64,000 nucleotides of DNA from Thainema sp. Its GTDB lineage: Bacteria; Cyanobacteriota; Cyanobacteriia; Phormidesmidales; Phormidesmidaceae. The translations under genes were made by a program, and so were the position numbers. This document shows positions 38,491 through 48,488 of this stretch, one piece after another; positions within the stretch are counted from its first letter, which is position 1; each line of letters opens with the position of its first letter. Under the pieces are notes generated by a model. The model ran no database searches. It was given only the letters and a program-made list of their open reading frames with translations, and was not told where the DNA came from. The DNA lies in the NCBI GenBank assembly GCA_052168235.1, contig JBQLZK010000018.1, positions 21,843 through 85,842 on the forward strand, given 5' to 3'.

Positions 38491-39969
38491 ATGGTTGCTG
38501 AGTTGCGAAAGTCAGCCTCAATGCACATGCATGAGGACAATAATGTCGTTCAAATTTTGCTTGAAGATGTTGCACAAACATTTGGCACAGCAGGTGGAAC
38601 AGTTTACCTAAGCGGAATTGATGCTCAAACATTTTTATCTGCTAATCCAGAACAGGTCTTGGCACAATTACAACGACTCACTCATCAAGGAGTTGAGCTA
38701 CAAATTTTGACTCGTTCTCGAAATATGTCTCAACTCCAGTCGATTAAAGCAGTCTATCGCTGGATGCCTGAACACGCATTTAGTCCAACTCCTATTTTGA
38801 TTTATGGCAACAAAGTCGCCACAATCATTTGGAATCAGCCACACCGTGCAGTAGTCATCGAAGATTTTGCTGTTGCGGATACCTATCGTAAGCAGTTTCT
38901 TTGGATGTGGTCAGAGGCGGAGCTGCCGTCTGTTCACAGTAATTCTCTGGACGGTAAGACCCGTTTAGCGGAAGGCATTATCAAGCGTTATGGTGGGCGA
39001 GTTTCTTACATTACGTCTAAGGATCGAACCCTATTTCGAACATTTCGAGAAACCGATCCGAATCCGGGCTATGGCAACAGCTTTTATTATCTGTGTCAGG
39101 CAGTTAATGGATTGGGACCAGATAAACTGGGCCTGAAATACTTTGATGGTCGCATGCTGGTGACGATTGGCATTGGCGATCGCTTTTCTCTGGGTGGAAG
39201 TTGGCACTACCATGTGACCAATCCGATGGGTGAGTTTGATGCAGAGAGTTTGATGACGCTATCTCAGCATTTGCTGGAGCTGAGTGGCGTTCCCGTATTT
39301 GTGAAAAAGCTGACTCTGGAAGAGCGTGACCAGCTACTTCAGAGCGGGTTTTCGCCTATCGAAGATTATCCCTGGCATGCCCAAGCTATGGAAGAAGATG
39401 ATACGTTCCCAGAGCAAATTGTGGACGTTGATGTGGTGCTGGGCAAATTGGAAGCTGCCGAATACAGTAGCCTAAAGCGTAACTATCATCAGTACTGTGC
39501 CAAGTTCGGCGAACAAACCACGTGGGAACTGTTAGGTAAAGATAACAGCGAAGATAATTCAGCGGAAGCAGATGCGATCGTACAAGAATTCTTTGAATAT
39601 CTTGATGTCAAGCAGCTGCACATTTCGCGTCCGAGCGACTACGACAATATCATCCACTATCCGCCGATTGGGGCAAATGGCAAAGCTTACTTCTCTCGTT
39701 TGGTGCGGGTTGAAGGTGAAGCGGCAGGCTTCTTTGCGATGGAACCCGTCAGTCCAGATATGGCTGGACTATATGCCAGTATCACACTGCATCGGAAGTT
39801 TCCTTATCTGTCAGAGTACTTAATTGTTGAGTGCTGCAAACTGCTGAAGCAAGCGGGTTATCGCTACTTGAATTTGGGCGGATCGGAAACCTCAGGTCTA
39901 TTTGGCTTCAAGGAGAAGTTCTCTCCAGTCGAGTACAACAGAATGTACTGGGTTGTGTACAAAATGTAA
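38491..39969 (+). CDS. Fusion protein: TrmB-like (PLD-fold) ligand-binding domain + DUF2156/GNAT-like transferase domain
   Basis: AGAGGA RBS; N-terminal YRWMP...F.PTPILIYGNKVATIIW...VVIED..VADTYRKQF.WMW; C-terminal LSEYLIVE......GYRYLNLGGSETSGLFGFKEKFSP. Confidence 0.6.
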   Translation: MVAELRKSASMHMHEDNNVVQILLEDVAQTFGTAGGTVYLSGIDAQTFLSANPEQVLAQLQRLTHQGVELQILTRSRNMSQLQSIKAVYRWMPEHAFSPTPILIYGNKVATIIWNQPHRAVVIEDFAVADTYRKQFLWMWSEAELPSVHSNSLDGKTRLAEGIIKRYGGRVSYITSKDRTLFRTFRETDPNPGYGNSFYYLCQAVNGLGPDKLGLKYFDGRMLVTIGIGDRFSLGGSWHYHVTNPMGEFDAESLMTLSQHLLELSGVPVFVKKLTLEERDQLLQSGFSPIEDYPWHAQAMEEDDTFPEQIVDVDVVLGKLEAAEYSSLKRNYHQYCAKFGEQTTWELLGKDNSEDNSAEADAIVQEFFEYLDVKQLHISRPSDYDNIIHYPPIGANGKAYFSRLVRVEGEAAGFFAMEPVSPDMAGLYASITLHRKFPYLSEYLIVECCKLLKQAGYRYLNLGGSETSGLFGFKEKFSPVEYNRMYWVVYKM

Positions 39970-39995
39970 GAGTTTTCTCCGACTGAGCTTGTGTA

Positions 39996-40135
39996 AATTG
40001 GGATGTAGGAGAAGTCCTACATTCTCACATCTTGCACCTTGTACTTTGAAAACCCGAAGAGGTTGTTTTGCCGCCGCGATGCGGCGGCAAAACAACCCTT
40101 CTGGGTTTTAGTGCAAGATGTGAGACATCCCAATT
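39996..40135. terminator. Terminator hairpin interrupted by a MITE
   Basis: Removing the insert and one CAT restores AATTGGGATGTAGGA-GAAG-TCCTACATCCCAATT. Confidence 0.75.
40023..40125. mobile_element. MITE with 15-bp perfect TIRs and 3-bp target duplication (CAT)
   Basis: TCTCACATCTTGCAC ... GTGCAAGATGTGAGA; CAT at 40020-40022 and 40126-40128; inner GGTTGTTTTGCCGCCGC-GAT-GCGGCGGCAAAACAACC. Confidence 0.85.
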
Positions 40136-40168
40136 CGTAGTTATTAATCCTTCAAATCTGAAATATCC

Positions 40169-40945
40169 CTAAAACGGGTAGCTCATCACCACTACTCTGG
40201 TGCTGGACGGTAAGCTGCTAGAGCTGACCGTCAGCGTGTCGCTGCCAACCTGCCGAACATCTGCACCGCTCATGATGTCCAGAAATGGCTCGATGGGGTC
40301 GAGTGCGTAATCGCCTGCACAGTTATCTGCGGCGGCTTGCGTTCGGTAGTGAGTTGGGACAACAATCTTCGGATTGAGCAGGTCAATTGCGGCCCTCGCT
40401 TCCTGGGCACTATACGCTTTAGCGCTGTTGCCTACAGGCACAAATAGAATATCTGGACGACCCAGGAGTACCTGCTGCTCAAACTCTAGAGGAGCGGCTG
40501 CCCCGCCCAGATGTACTAAGTTCAGTCCGCCTTGATTCCACTTCCAGATCAAGTTTGTGCCAAATCGCCGCCCGCCTTCGCGATCGTGATCAACCGGAAT
40601 GCCTTGAACAGCTAGGCCCCGAAATTCAAAAATGCCAGACTCGGCCAGTACACGCGGATCACCGGGTAGGTTTTCCACTGCACCTTCATCCAGCAAGCGG
40701 CTGCTAATCATGACCAGATCAGCCGCTGCGTTAGGCGCACGGTAGCCCGCTGTGCAGCCAATTGGCTGAAACGGATTAACTAACGTCCGAATACCGCCAC
40801 CTGTGACCAAAAAGCAGGTATGCCCTAGCCATTTCACTGTGACGCTCGTTTGGGCCTGAACCGCTTGCCAATTAGAAGCTAAGCCTGCGCCTAGCGTTGT
40901 CAGAAAGGCAGCGCCTGCGTAGCGAATAAGGTTTCTCCGTTTCAT
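40169..40945 (-). CDS. Tat-exported MBL-fold (beta-lactamase superfamily) protein
   Basis: MKRRNLIRY Tat signal; WLGHTCFL, ADLVMISS, HLGG, DILFVPVG, PKIVVPTHY. Confidence 0.85.
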   Translation of the reverse strand: MKRRNLIRYAGAAFLTTLGAGLASNWQAVQAQTSVTVKWLGHTCFLVTGGGIRTLVNPFQPIGCTAGYRAPNAAADLVMISSRLLDEGAVENLPGDPRVLAESGIFEFRGLAVQGIPVDHDREGGRRFGTNLIWKWNQGGLNLVHLGGAAAPLEFEQQVLLGRPDILFVPVGNSAKAYSAQEARAAIDLLNPKIVVPTHYRTQAAADNCAGDYALDPIEPFLDIMSGADVRQVGSDTLTVSSSSLPSSTRVVVMSYPF

Positions 40946-41100
40946 GTTGACTCTACCGTGTCTCCTAGCCACACCAAATGAGATACTCCTTAACATACTA
41001 TGACAGTGCCAAGTTAGCTTTGGGAGATTCATCCCAGCAGAATTGATCTCCTAACGCAAACTTGGTGAATCATCAGTTAAGGTGACTGCCTGAATAGACG

Positions 41101-41730
41101 TTACGAAACCGAGGAAGTTGCCGAAACGGGCATAATCGGTTGAGAGAGTTGCGCCAAAAAATTGATCAAAAGCTGTTTGCCAGAGGTGGTCAAAATGCTT
41201 TCTGGGTGGAACTGCACCCCTTCGATATGAGGATAGGTGCGATGACGAACCCCCATGATCGTGCCGTCTTCGACCCAGGCAGTAATTTCTAACTCAGCCG
41301 GACAGGTATCTCGCTCAATCACCAGGCTGTGATAGCGGGTGGCAATGAACGGATTATCGAGACCTGCGAAAACGCCTGTGTTGGTGTGATGCACCATTGA
41401 GGTTTTGCCGTGCATCAGCTCCGGAGCAGAGGTAACGGTACCACCAAAGACTTGACCGATGCTTTGATGGCCCAGACAGACGCCCAGAATAGGAAACTCT
41501 GGCCCTAGTTCACGAATCAAGTCCAGCGAGACTCCTGCATCTTCGGGGCGACCTGGCCCCGGCGAAATTACAATGCCGTCTGGCTTGAGTGCCCGAATTT
41601 GATCCAGCGTAATCTGATCGTTGCGATAGACCTGAATATCAGCGGCTACTGGCAAGTTAGCTCCCAGTTCGCCTAGATATTGCACCAGGTTGTAGGTGAA
41701 GCTGTCGTAGTTATCAATGACAAGAATCAT
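41101..41730 (-). CDS. trpG: Anthranilate/aminodeoxychorismate synthase component II
   Basis: [47 protein letters not shown]. Confidence 0.93.
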   Translation of the reverse strand: MILVIDNYDSFTYNLVQYLGELGANLPVAADIQVYRNDQITLDQIRALKPDGIVISPGPGRPEDAGVSLDLIRELGPEFPILGVCLGHQSIGQVFGGTVTSAPELMHGKTSMVHHTNTGVFAGLDNPFIATRYHSLVIERDTCPAELEITAWVEDGTIMGVRHRTYPHIEGVQFHPESILTTSGKQLLINFLAQLSQPIMPVSATSSVS

Positions 41731-42200
41731 AGGAGTGCTGCCGAATGTGCCCAATATCCTTGAACTAGGGTAACAAATGGCGGCAGCAAAAGGAGTAGTG
41801 CGATCGCAACTGCCACTAGCGCAAAAATCATAACCGCCGCTGCCGCACAATCTTTGGCAATCTTGGCCAGTTCGTGATAGGTCTGCTGCACCGTTAGATC
41901 GACGACTGACTCTAGAGCCGTATTCAGCAGCTCCATTGCCATCACAGCGCCGCAGGTGAGAACGATGACTGCAATTTCAACAGTTGAAAGATGTAAAGCA
42001 AATGAAGCTGCGATCGCAGCTCCACCAATCAGCACGTGAATTCGAAAATTTCGCTGAGAACGAAAAGCGTAGCGGATGCCGCCCCAAGCATATCGAAAGC
42101 TGATCCACAGGTTTGTCGCAACTCGCCATGACAGTTCACGATCGGTTGAGATTGGTTTGGAATGCTGCTCTGATGACGATGTTGAGAGGTTCTGAGGCAT
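41727..42200 (-). CDS. dgkA: Diacylglycerol/undecaprenol kinase family protein
   Basis: SFRYAWGG...[32 protein letters not shown]. Confidence 0.9.
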   Translation of the reverse strand: MPQNLSTSSSEQHSKPISTDRELSWRVATNLWISFRYAWGGIRYAFRSQRNFRIHVLIGGAAIAASFALHLSTVEIAVIVLTCGAVMAMELLNTALESVVDLTVQQTYHELAKIAKDCAAAAVMIFALVAVAIALLLLLPPFVTLVQGYWAHSAALL

Positions 42201-43008
42201 AGGCGGTAGGCAAACAAGCGCCAGCAAGATAAGACGAAACTAGATTTTACTATGAGTCGTTCAAGGAGCGGTTCAAATCGAGTTTAGAGTACTGCACATG
42301 GCTTCGTCGAGAGTTGAATTACGGAGTAACTTCACTGAATCCTTAGATGGGCCGCTGATAGGCTGTAACTCTAGATCCCAGCAATGGGTTTATTTAGGGC
42401 TATCTGCGGGGTAGCAGGCAGTATCAAAATCATTCAATTGTCGCAATCGTCTGATCACTAAATTGCCCCGAATCACCTCGTAAGGCATAGACCGCCATAT
42501 AACTCTCTACCAAGGGATTGATGAATTGCAAGCCAGTTTACGGTCGAATTGATCTGTGCAAAAAGTACTTAAAACTCAATCGAATTAAGGATGCGCTAAT
42601 GCTGTTGCAGCAATTTAAAAGCTTAATTAATGGAGTCATGATTCAAGCATGATTTTAATCAATGGCGCTTGTCATATCCAGATTGCAAAGGATTGAGCGG
42701 AACAAAACTGCTGCTGTAACTATCTGGCAATGGCAAAATGAACTGTCGTTCGCAGGATTACCTTTGGTTGTTTGGGTCAGATTATGACTACAGCAAACTG
42801 CGCAAATTTCCTTAATGAATTGGTGAATAACTAACTCTTTCGAGAGATTTATAAAGTTCTCTCATACGTTGCACCTTAGCCACTTAAAACCCAAAATGAT
42901 TTGTCTGTTGCCGTCGTGCAGCGCAATCAGTCCTTTGGGGTTTTGGTGTAGGGTATGAGCTTTGTTACGTCATGTGTTGTCCGTTTATATGGTTAAGGGT
43001 ATACATCA

Positions 43009-46000
43009 ATGATTCACATATTTGGAGGTTTAGCTGTAGGCTTAACTCCCCTATGGCATATTCTGCAAGTTCCAGATACGGTAGTGACTTCTGCTACAGA
43101 TGAAGCTGCCTATATTTTTTCTGGGCCTCAGTTTTTCATAGCTCTTATTGCTGGTCTCATTCTTGCATTTGCGTTTCAGCTCTTGCTGACGAATCTGTCG
43201 GTTGCGACTGGCATATCTGTGCTCGATTTCCGACCCAGTCGTTCGTCTCATCAAGACAGTAGTTCAGGTGGGTTGGGCCAATCGGTTCGACAGCACATCG
43301 GCGCAGCAATGGGCCTATGGACACTCGTTACTGTAACAATCGCCCTGTTTTTCGCTTGCTTACTCGCCGTACATTTAATTCCAGTACCGGACGATCAGCC
43401 AGGGCTTGGCATCATCATTGGTTTGGTGATTTGGGGCACCTATTTCACCGCCATGGTTTGGTTAAGTTCAGCCAAAGTTGGTTCGCTGTTTGGTTCTGTT
43501 GTTGGTATGGCAACATCCAGCTTTCAGAAACTGTTTGGGGCAGCGACTGCGGCTGTAGGCGCTAAAGCTGCGAATGATCAGATTGTCGAGACAGCCGAGG
43601 CGGCGGCTTCTGCGGTTCGGCGTGAGCTGACGGCTGGCTGGGATGCTCGTGATGTCCAGCACAAGATCGAAGACTACATTTCTCAACTCCGCCCTTCGCA
43701 AATCGATGCACAGGCTTTGCGGCGCGAATTTGAAGGGTTGCTGGCCAGCAATCCTGATCTACAGCAGGCTGATTCAGAAATGTTGCGCTCGGCAATTGAT
43801 CGTCAAGCTTTTGTCGATGTTGTCCGCAGTCGGACAGACTTATCTCAGCGAGAAGTTGAGCAGGTGGCAAGTCAGTTAGAAGATGCTTGGTTGCGATCTG
43901 TTGGTCGATCTAGCAGTGGTAATACCAACGCAGTTAGAGATTTAGTTGATTATGTTCGCACGGCTCACCCAGAGCGGTTGCTGTCCGAAGAATTGGGTCA
44001 GCGGCTCGATCAGTTGCTGAATGAAATGCGTTTGCGTCGTCAGTCTCAGTCCAATTCGGCTCAGCAGTCACTGATGCAGTTGCTGAATGGCTTGATGGGT
44101 GTAGCGATGGGTCGTATTGACCTGTCTGACCTGGACGCGCAGACCATTTCTAGTCGGCTGAAGTCGGCGGGTTCTCAAATTTCGTCGCAAGCGAATCAGC
44201 TAATCAGCAGTTCAGACCAAGCGACCTCTAAAAGCGTTATTCGTTCTGATATTGAGAACTACCTGCTGAATGCTTATTCATGGCAAATGAAACCTGCCAC
44301 TGTGGAACGTGATTTTCGGGCTATCTTATATGATCCCGATGCTGATCCAAGTATGGTGCGCCATGAGCTAGACCAGATTGGTCGGCCTGATTTTGTCAGC
44401 ATCTTGAAGTCGCGGGGTGTCTTTACCCAAGAGCGAATTCAGAATTTGGCTAATCATTTAGAGCGGATTCGGCGGGAAGTTCGAATCGTTGCTTATGAAG
44501 CTGAAGCAAGAGCGATCGCGCTTGAGTTGCGACAGCGGGTTGAAACGTTTATCCTAACCACGCCTAAGACTGAATTAGCCAATGCTGACTATAGCCGTAA
44601 GGCATTTAAGGCCATACTAGAGACGCCTGATACGGAGTACTCTGTTCTGCGTCCGCGCTTAGAAACTTACGATCGCAATCTGCTGCGAGAACTCCTGCTG
44701 CGTCGGGCCGATGTGGACACCTGGGAAGTTGATAATTTAATCAATCCGTTGGAAGAAGCCCGCAATCAGGTGCTCGATGACGCGAAGTCGATGGAAGAAA
44801 AGGCGCAGGAAAAAGCGAAAAATGTGCAGCAGCGGCTAGAAAACTATCTGCGCAGCACGGGTCGCGAAGAGCTAAATCCTGATGCGATTGAGCGCGAGAT
44901 TACGATGCTGCTCAACGATCCCCAGGTTGGCTTTGCTGCCTTGCGGAATCGGCTCTCCCAGATGGATCGGGAAACGCTGGTGCAGTTGCTCAGTCAGCGC
45001 CAGGATATGTCTGAATCTGACGTTAACCACACGATTGATCAGGTTGAGGAAACTTGGCATCGCGCCTTGCGGTCACCGAAGTCGCTGTCTGTTAAGGCTC
45101 AGGAGCAGTATGACCATGCCACATCTGCGATCGCAGATTATCTGCGCAGCACCGGTAAGTCCGAGCTGAACCCAGAGGGGATTCAGCGCGACTTGCAAAA
45201 GCTAATCGACGACCCACAAGCAGGTGCGTCTGCTCTGCGCGATCGTCTATCGCAAATGGATCGAGATACGCTAGTACAGCTGCTGAGTCAGCGTGAGGAT
45301 CTAACCGAAGCAGAAGTGAATGAAAAGATTGACCAGATTCAATCAGCCATTCGTAGCATTTTGCGTGCCCCTCGTCGTCTTGCCCTCCGGACGCAGGAAA
45401 AAGTCCAGAGCTTTGAAACAGCCCTGGAAGATTATCTGCGCAATACCGATAAGGACGAACTGAGTCCAGAAGGCATTAAGCGCGACCTACGGACGCTATT
45501 TGATGATCCTCGGTTAGGGGCTGAGCGAATTAGCGATCGCGTTTCTCGCATCGATCGCTCTACCCTGGTTGCCCTATTGTCCCAGCGAGAGGACATCTCG
45601 GAAGCCGAAGCCCAGCGGATTGTAGGACAAATCCTGTCGATTCGCGATCAAGCGCTTGAGCAAATTCGCCAGGTGCAGTATCGGATTCAAGCCGCGATCG
45701 ACAGCATTATGGCTCGAATTCGCAGCTACCTGAACTCACTGGATCGCCCAGAGCTAAACTACTATGGCATCAAGCAAGATATCCGCTTGCTATTTGATGA
45801 TCCAGAAACAGGCTTCGATGCGCTGCGCCATCGCCTCTCGTCCGTTAATCGCGACACGCTAGTAGCCATCCTCAGCTCTCGCAATGACATCTCTGCAGCC
45901 GATGCTGACCGGATTATTGCCCAAGTCGAAGATGCCCGCGACAGTGTGTTGCAGCAGGCTGAGCGTCTCCAGATGGAAGTTGACAAGCGCATGAGCGAAA

Positions 46001-46131
46001 TGAAGCATCTCGCGCAAAGACAACTGGATGAAACCCGCAAAGTTGCTGCCGTTGCCGCTTGGTGGCTATTTGCTACGGCCTTGGTTTCGGCCTTTGCCTC
46101 CGGTTTAGCGGGTGGAATTGCGGCCAGTTAG
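43009..46131 (+). CDS. Large membrane-anchored helical-repeat protein
   Basis: 3 N-terminal TM, four ~100-aa repeats (YLR.T.+.EL.P+GI.RD...L.+DP..G...L..R.S.+DR.TLV.LLSQR.D+SE), C-terminal TM AAWWLF. Confidence 0.85.
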   Translation: MIHIFGGLAVGLTPLWHILQVPDTVVTSATDEAAYIFSGPQFFIALIAGLILAFAFQLLLTNLSVATGISVLDFRPSRSSHQDSSSGGLGQSVRQHIGAAMGLWTLVTVTIALFFACLLAVHLIPVPDDQPGLGIIIGLVIWGTYFTAMVWLSSAKVGSLFGSVVGMATSSFQKLFGAATAAVGAKAANDQIVETAEAAASAVRRELTAGWDARDVQHKIEDYISQLRPSQIDAQALRREFEGLLASNPDLQQADSEMLRSAIDRQAFVDVVRSRTDLSQREVEQVASQLEDAWLRSVGRSSSGNTNAVRDLVDYVRTAHPERLLSEELGQRLDQLLNEMRLRRQSQSNSAQQSLMQLLNGLMGVAMGRIDLSDLDAQTISSRLKSAGSQISSQANQLISSSDQATSKSVIRSDIENYLLNAYSWQMKPATVERDFRAILYDPDADPSMVRHELDQIGRPDFVSILKSRGVFTQERIQNLANHLERIRREVRIVAYEAEARAIALELRQRVETFILTTPKTELANADYSRKAFKAILETPDTEYSVLRPRLETYDRNLLRELLLRRADVDTWEVDNLINPLEEARNQVLDDAKSMEEKAQEKAKNVQQRLENYLRSTGREELNPDAIEREITMLLNDPQVGFAALRNRLSQMDRETLVQLLSQRQDMSESDVNHTIDQVEETWHRALRSPKSLSVKAQEQYDHATSAIADYLRSTGKSELNPEGIQRDLQKLIDDPQAGASALRDRLSQMDRDTLVQLLSQREDLTEAEVNEKIDQIQSAIRSILRAPRRLALRTQEKVQSFETALEDYLRNTDKDELSPEGIKRDLRTLFDDPRLGAERISDRVSRIDRSTLVALLSQREDISEAEAQRIVGQILSIRDQALEQIRQVQYRIQAAIDSIMARIRSYLNSLDRPELNYYGIKQDIRLLFDDPETGFDALRHRLSSVNRDTLVAILSSRNDISAADADRIIAQVEDARDSVLQQAERLQMEVDKRMSEMKHLAQRQLDETRKVAAVAAWWLFATALVSAFASGLAGGIAAS

Positions 46132-46162
46132 TCTCCCTTAATTTGCACTTTCCAAATTCTAA

Positions 46163-46197
46163 AGAAGCCTGCCGTCGTACCGTGACGGCAGGCTTCT
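46163..46197 (+). terminator. Hairpin terminator
   Basis: AGAAGCCTGCCGTC-GTACCGT-GACGGCAGGCTTCT. Confidence 0.7.
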
Positions 46198-46307
46198 GTC
46201 TGGTTTGGCAAACAGCCAATCACCAACTCCTTCCTCCGGAAAGATGCTGCGCGTTCGCTCCGTCGATACGTTGAGAGTGAACGATTACCCTATTTTGGAG
46301 CAAGCTT

Positions 46308-46589
46308 ATGGCTCAGGCAGAGAGTAAGACAACAACAGATCACGACACAATCCGGCAGTGGACCGAGGCGCGCGGCGGCTTTCCAGCAACGGTCAAAAGT
46401 ACTGAAGAGAACGGCGAACCTGGCCTCTTGCGGATTGATTTTCCTGGCTACAGCGGAGAGCAATCTCTAGAGCAGATTGAGTGGGATGAGTTTTTTGAGA
46501 AATTTGAAGAAAAGAATCTAGCGTTTCTCTATCAGGAAACGCTCAAAAGCGGAGACGAAAGTCGTTTCTGCAAGCTTGTTAGTCGCTAA
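46308..46589 (+). CDS. Conserved small hypothetical protein
   Basis: GGAG RBS; TTTDHDTIRQW.EARGG.PA.V, LRIDFPG, I.WDEFFEKFEE..LAFLYQ. Confidence 0.85.
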   Translation: MAQAESKTTTDHDTIRQWTEARGGFPATVKSTEENGEPGLLRIDFPGYSGEQSLEQIEWDEFFEKFEEKNLAFLYQETLKSGDESRFCKLVSR

Positions 46590-46690
46590 TCAAAGGGCAG
46601 GTTTGTTTTATGGATATTTCCCTATGAAAAGTATTCGCAAAACAAACCTGATCGAACACGAGTAAAGCTATTGTCTCTTCTGGGGTGTCG

Positions 46691-47488
46691 TTACCGTAGA
46701 AACAGCTCATAAATTGAGAGCAAAATTTCTACCACAATCAGAATGACGATGTACCACTCGACGCGCATGCTGGTGTTGTGCTGCAAGAGTTCGATGGCGG
46801 TTTCTGCTGTGCGGGAGACTAAGTTTAGCTTTTGTTCGAGTGCCGCATGGCGTTCTCGCAGTTCGTACTCGTCTTCTAACCGCAAGAATATGCGATCGAG
46901 TTCGGGATATTCCCACAGCAGTTCGGGCTTATCAGTGATTTGTACTCGCCCAACCATTTTGTGCTGAATTGATAGCGTATTGCCGAGCTGACGCAGGAGC
47001 TGGTTGCTCTGGCGCTGGCCCCAGTTTTTGCGCTGTAAGCTGGTAGCAAAGGGTTCAATCCGGCTGAAAGACTGAGCGGTTTTGTCCTCGTAGTAGGCCA
47101 ATACGACGCTTTTAGCTAGAATATCTGCCACAATTTGAATTCGTTGCAGGCTAAAGTCCGATAGCAAAATGCGATCGCCATCAACTTTACCTGTGCCATG
47201 TTCATCAAATTGCAGAATCGCTTCTTCGGTCTCATGTACATCGGTTGGCTCAGTGACGAAGGGTTCTAAGTAAGACAAAAAATTAGCTTCTTCCATTGGT
47301 GCTAACCCAACCATCACGGCCACCCCATAGGAAAACAGGGCGGCACAGCCTTGTTCTCCTGCAGAGATGACCAGTGGCTCAGTGCCTAATGGTTCAGTGG
47401 TGTCAATGCCACGCAGATTAAGCGATTTACCGACTAAACGGGCATAAATTCGGACGGATTGTTGAGTATCAAATAGAATTTTTTGCAT
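46691..47488 (-). CDS. RMD1 family (DUF155) protein
   Basis: LFSYGVAV, LAKSVVL..YE, DKPELLWEYPEL, EYELRER..AL..KL, EWYIVILI. Confidence 0.88.
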   Translation of the reverse strand: MQKILFDTQQSVRIYARLVGKSLNLRGIDTTEPLGTEPLVISAGEQGCAALFSYGVAVMVGLAPMEEANFLSYLEPFVTEPTDVHETEEAILQFDEHGTGKVDGDRILLSDFSLQRIQIVADILAKSVVLAYYEDKTAQSFSRIEPFATSLQRKNWGQRQSNQLLRQLGNTLSIQHKMVGRVQITDKPELLWEYPELDRIFLRLEDEYELRERHAALEQKLNLVSRTAETAIELLQHNTSMRVEWYIVILIVVEILLSIYELFLR

Positions 47489-47563
47489 GCAATGCAGTTT
47501 AAACGCTTTAAATAGACTTAAATAATCAGCATGGCGGGTTCGAACCGAATCTACGAGTCGAAG

Positions 47564-47621
47564 CTAGTGCTTTGTCCAGTGTGTTCTTCTACCCCTCATT
47601 TCTACTTTGACAGACTACTAG
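47564..47621. repeat. Short MITE-like remnant
   Basis: CTAGTGCTTTGTC ... GACAGACTACTAG imperfect inverted ends similar to those of 21031-21127. Confidence 0.4.
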
Positions 47622-47747
47622 TTTGCTAATTGTGATCATGTAATCAGTACCAGCCATTATCTGCTAAGCAGCAGACGGTAACTATCATCAGGGTACTCCA
47701 CCCAAACAGATCCCTACCGACTGTCTTGAGATCGAATGGCTATTGTT

Positions 47748-48353
47748 TCAGTAGGCTGCGATAGCCAGTTTTTGTACTGTAGACCCAGTAATAGACTCGG
47801 CTTCTGGTGGAGTGGGTTCTGATTCGGAATCTGGCTGATCAAAATCTGGACAGAGTGGCGGCTGGTTGTCTGGCAACGGCACCACAGCGAATGCCTCCGT
47901 TTCACCGTTGATGGCAACCGTGAGCTGATGAAGCTGCCAGGTTGCCTCTGGAGTATTATTCGTGCCTTCAGCATAGGCACTGCCACTGCGATCGGCACCA
48001 TTGACGCTGAAGCGGAGGCAGACTCGTCCTCCGACTGGATCTCTATACCGTTCAACTGATTTAGAAACCCAACCGGCTTCTACGGGTTCCCCCAGCACAT
48101 CGCTAATTGTGCTGTTTGATTCAACTGCTGCTGCTGCAAGCTGATAAACCTGGTGAGTGCCTGTGGAACGTACAACGCGCCAAACGGCCCCACCGAGACC
48201 CGCTACTCCTAACCCTAACGCAATTAACGAAACGATGATGCAGCCACAGCACGTACAGCCGACCGGAAGGATCCATTTATTTGGTGAGGCTGGAGCAACT
48301 TCATCCGGGCTGGGAAAGGGATTAGGTTCATCAAAATTACGATCTTCACTCAT
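47748..48353 (-). CDS. Membrane protein with Coa1-like domain
   Basis: GCTCCGC + TM, YQLA......I..VLGEPV.AG, F.V.G...SG.AY.E, WQL..L.V. Confidence 0.65.
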   Translation of the reverse strand: MSEDRNFDEPNPFPSPDEVAPASPNKWILPVGCTCCGCIIVSLIALGLGVAGLGGAVWRVVRSTGTHQVYQLAAAAVESNSTISDVLGEPVEAGWVSKSVERYRDPVGGRVCLRFSVNGADRSGSAYAEGTNNTPEATWQLHQLTVAINGETEAFAVVPLPDNQPPLCPDFDQPDSESEPTPPEAESITGSTVQKLAIAAY

Positions 48354-48488
48354 GGATTAGATCACAGATCAAGTTGCAAACATAAATTGGAACGGGGGCA
48401 TTCCCGACATTTCAATTCATACCCAGATCAAGCAACGCCAAAAATAAACGTGCTAAAAGTGAGGGGCAACAATCGCTAGGTTATTCCC

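Noticed and set aside
47530..47560. tRNA suggested by GGTTCGAA
   Set aside because: No cloverleaf or acceptor stem; the same applies to GGTTCAAAT near 42271
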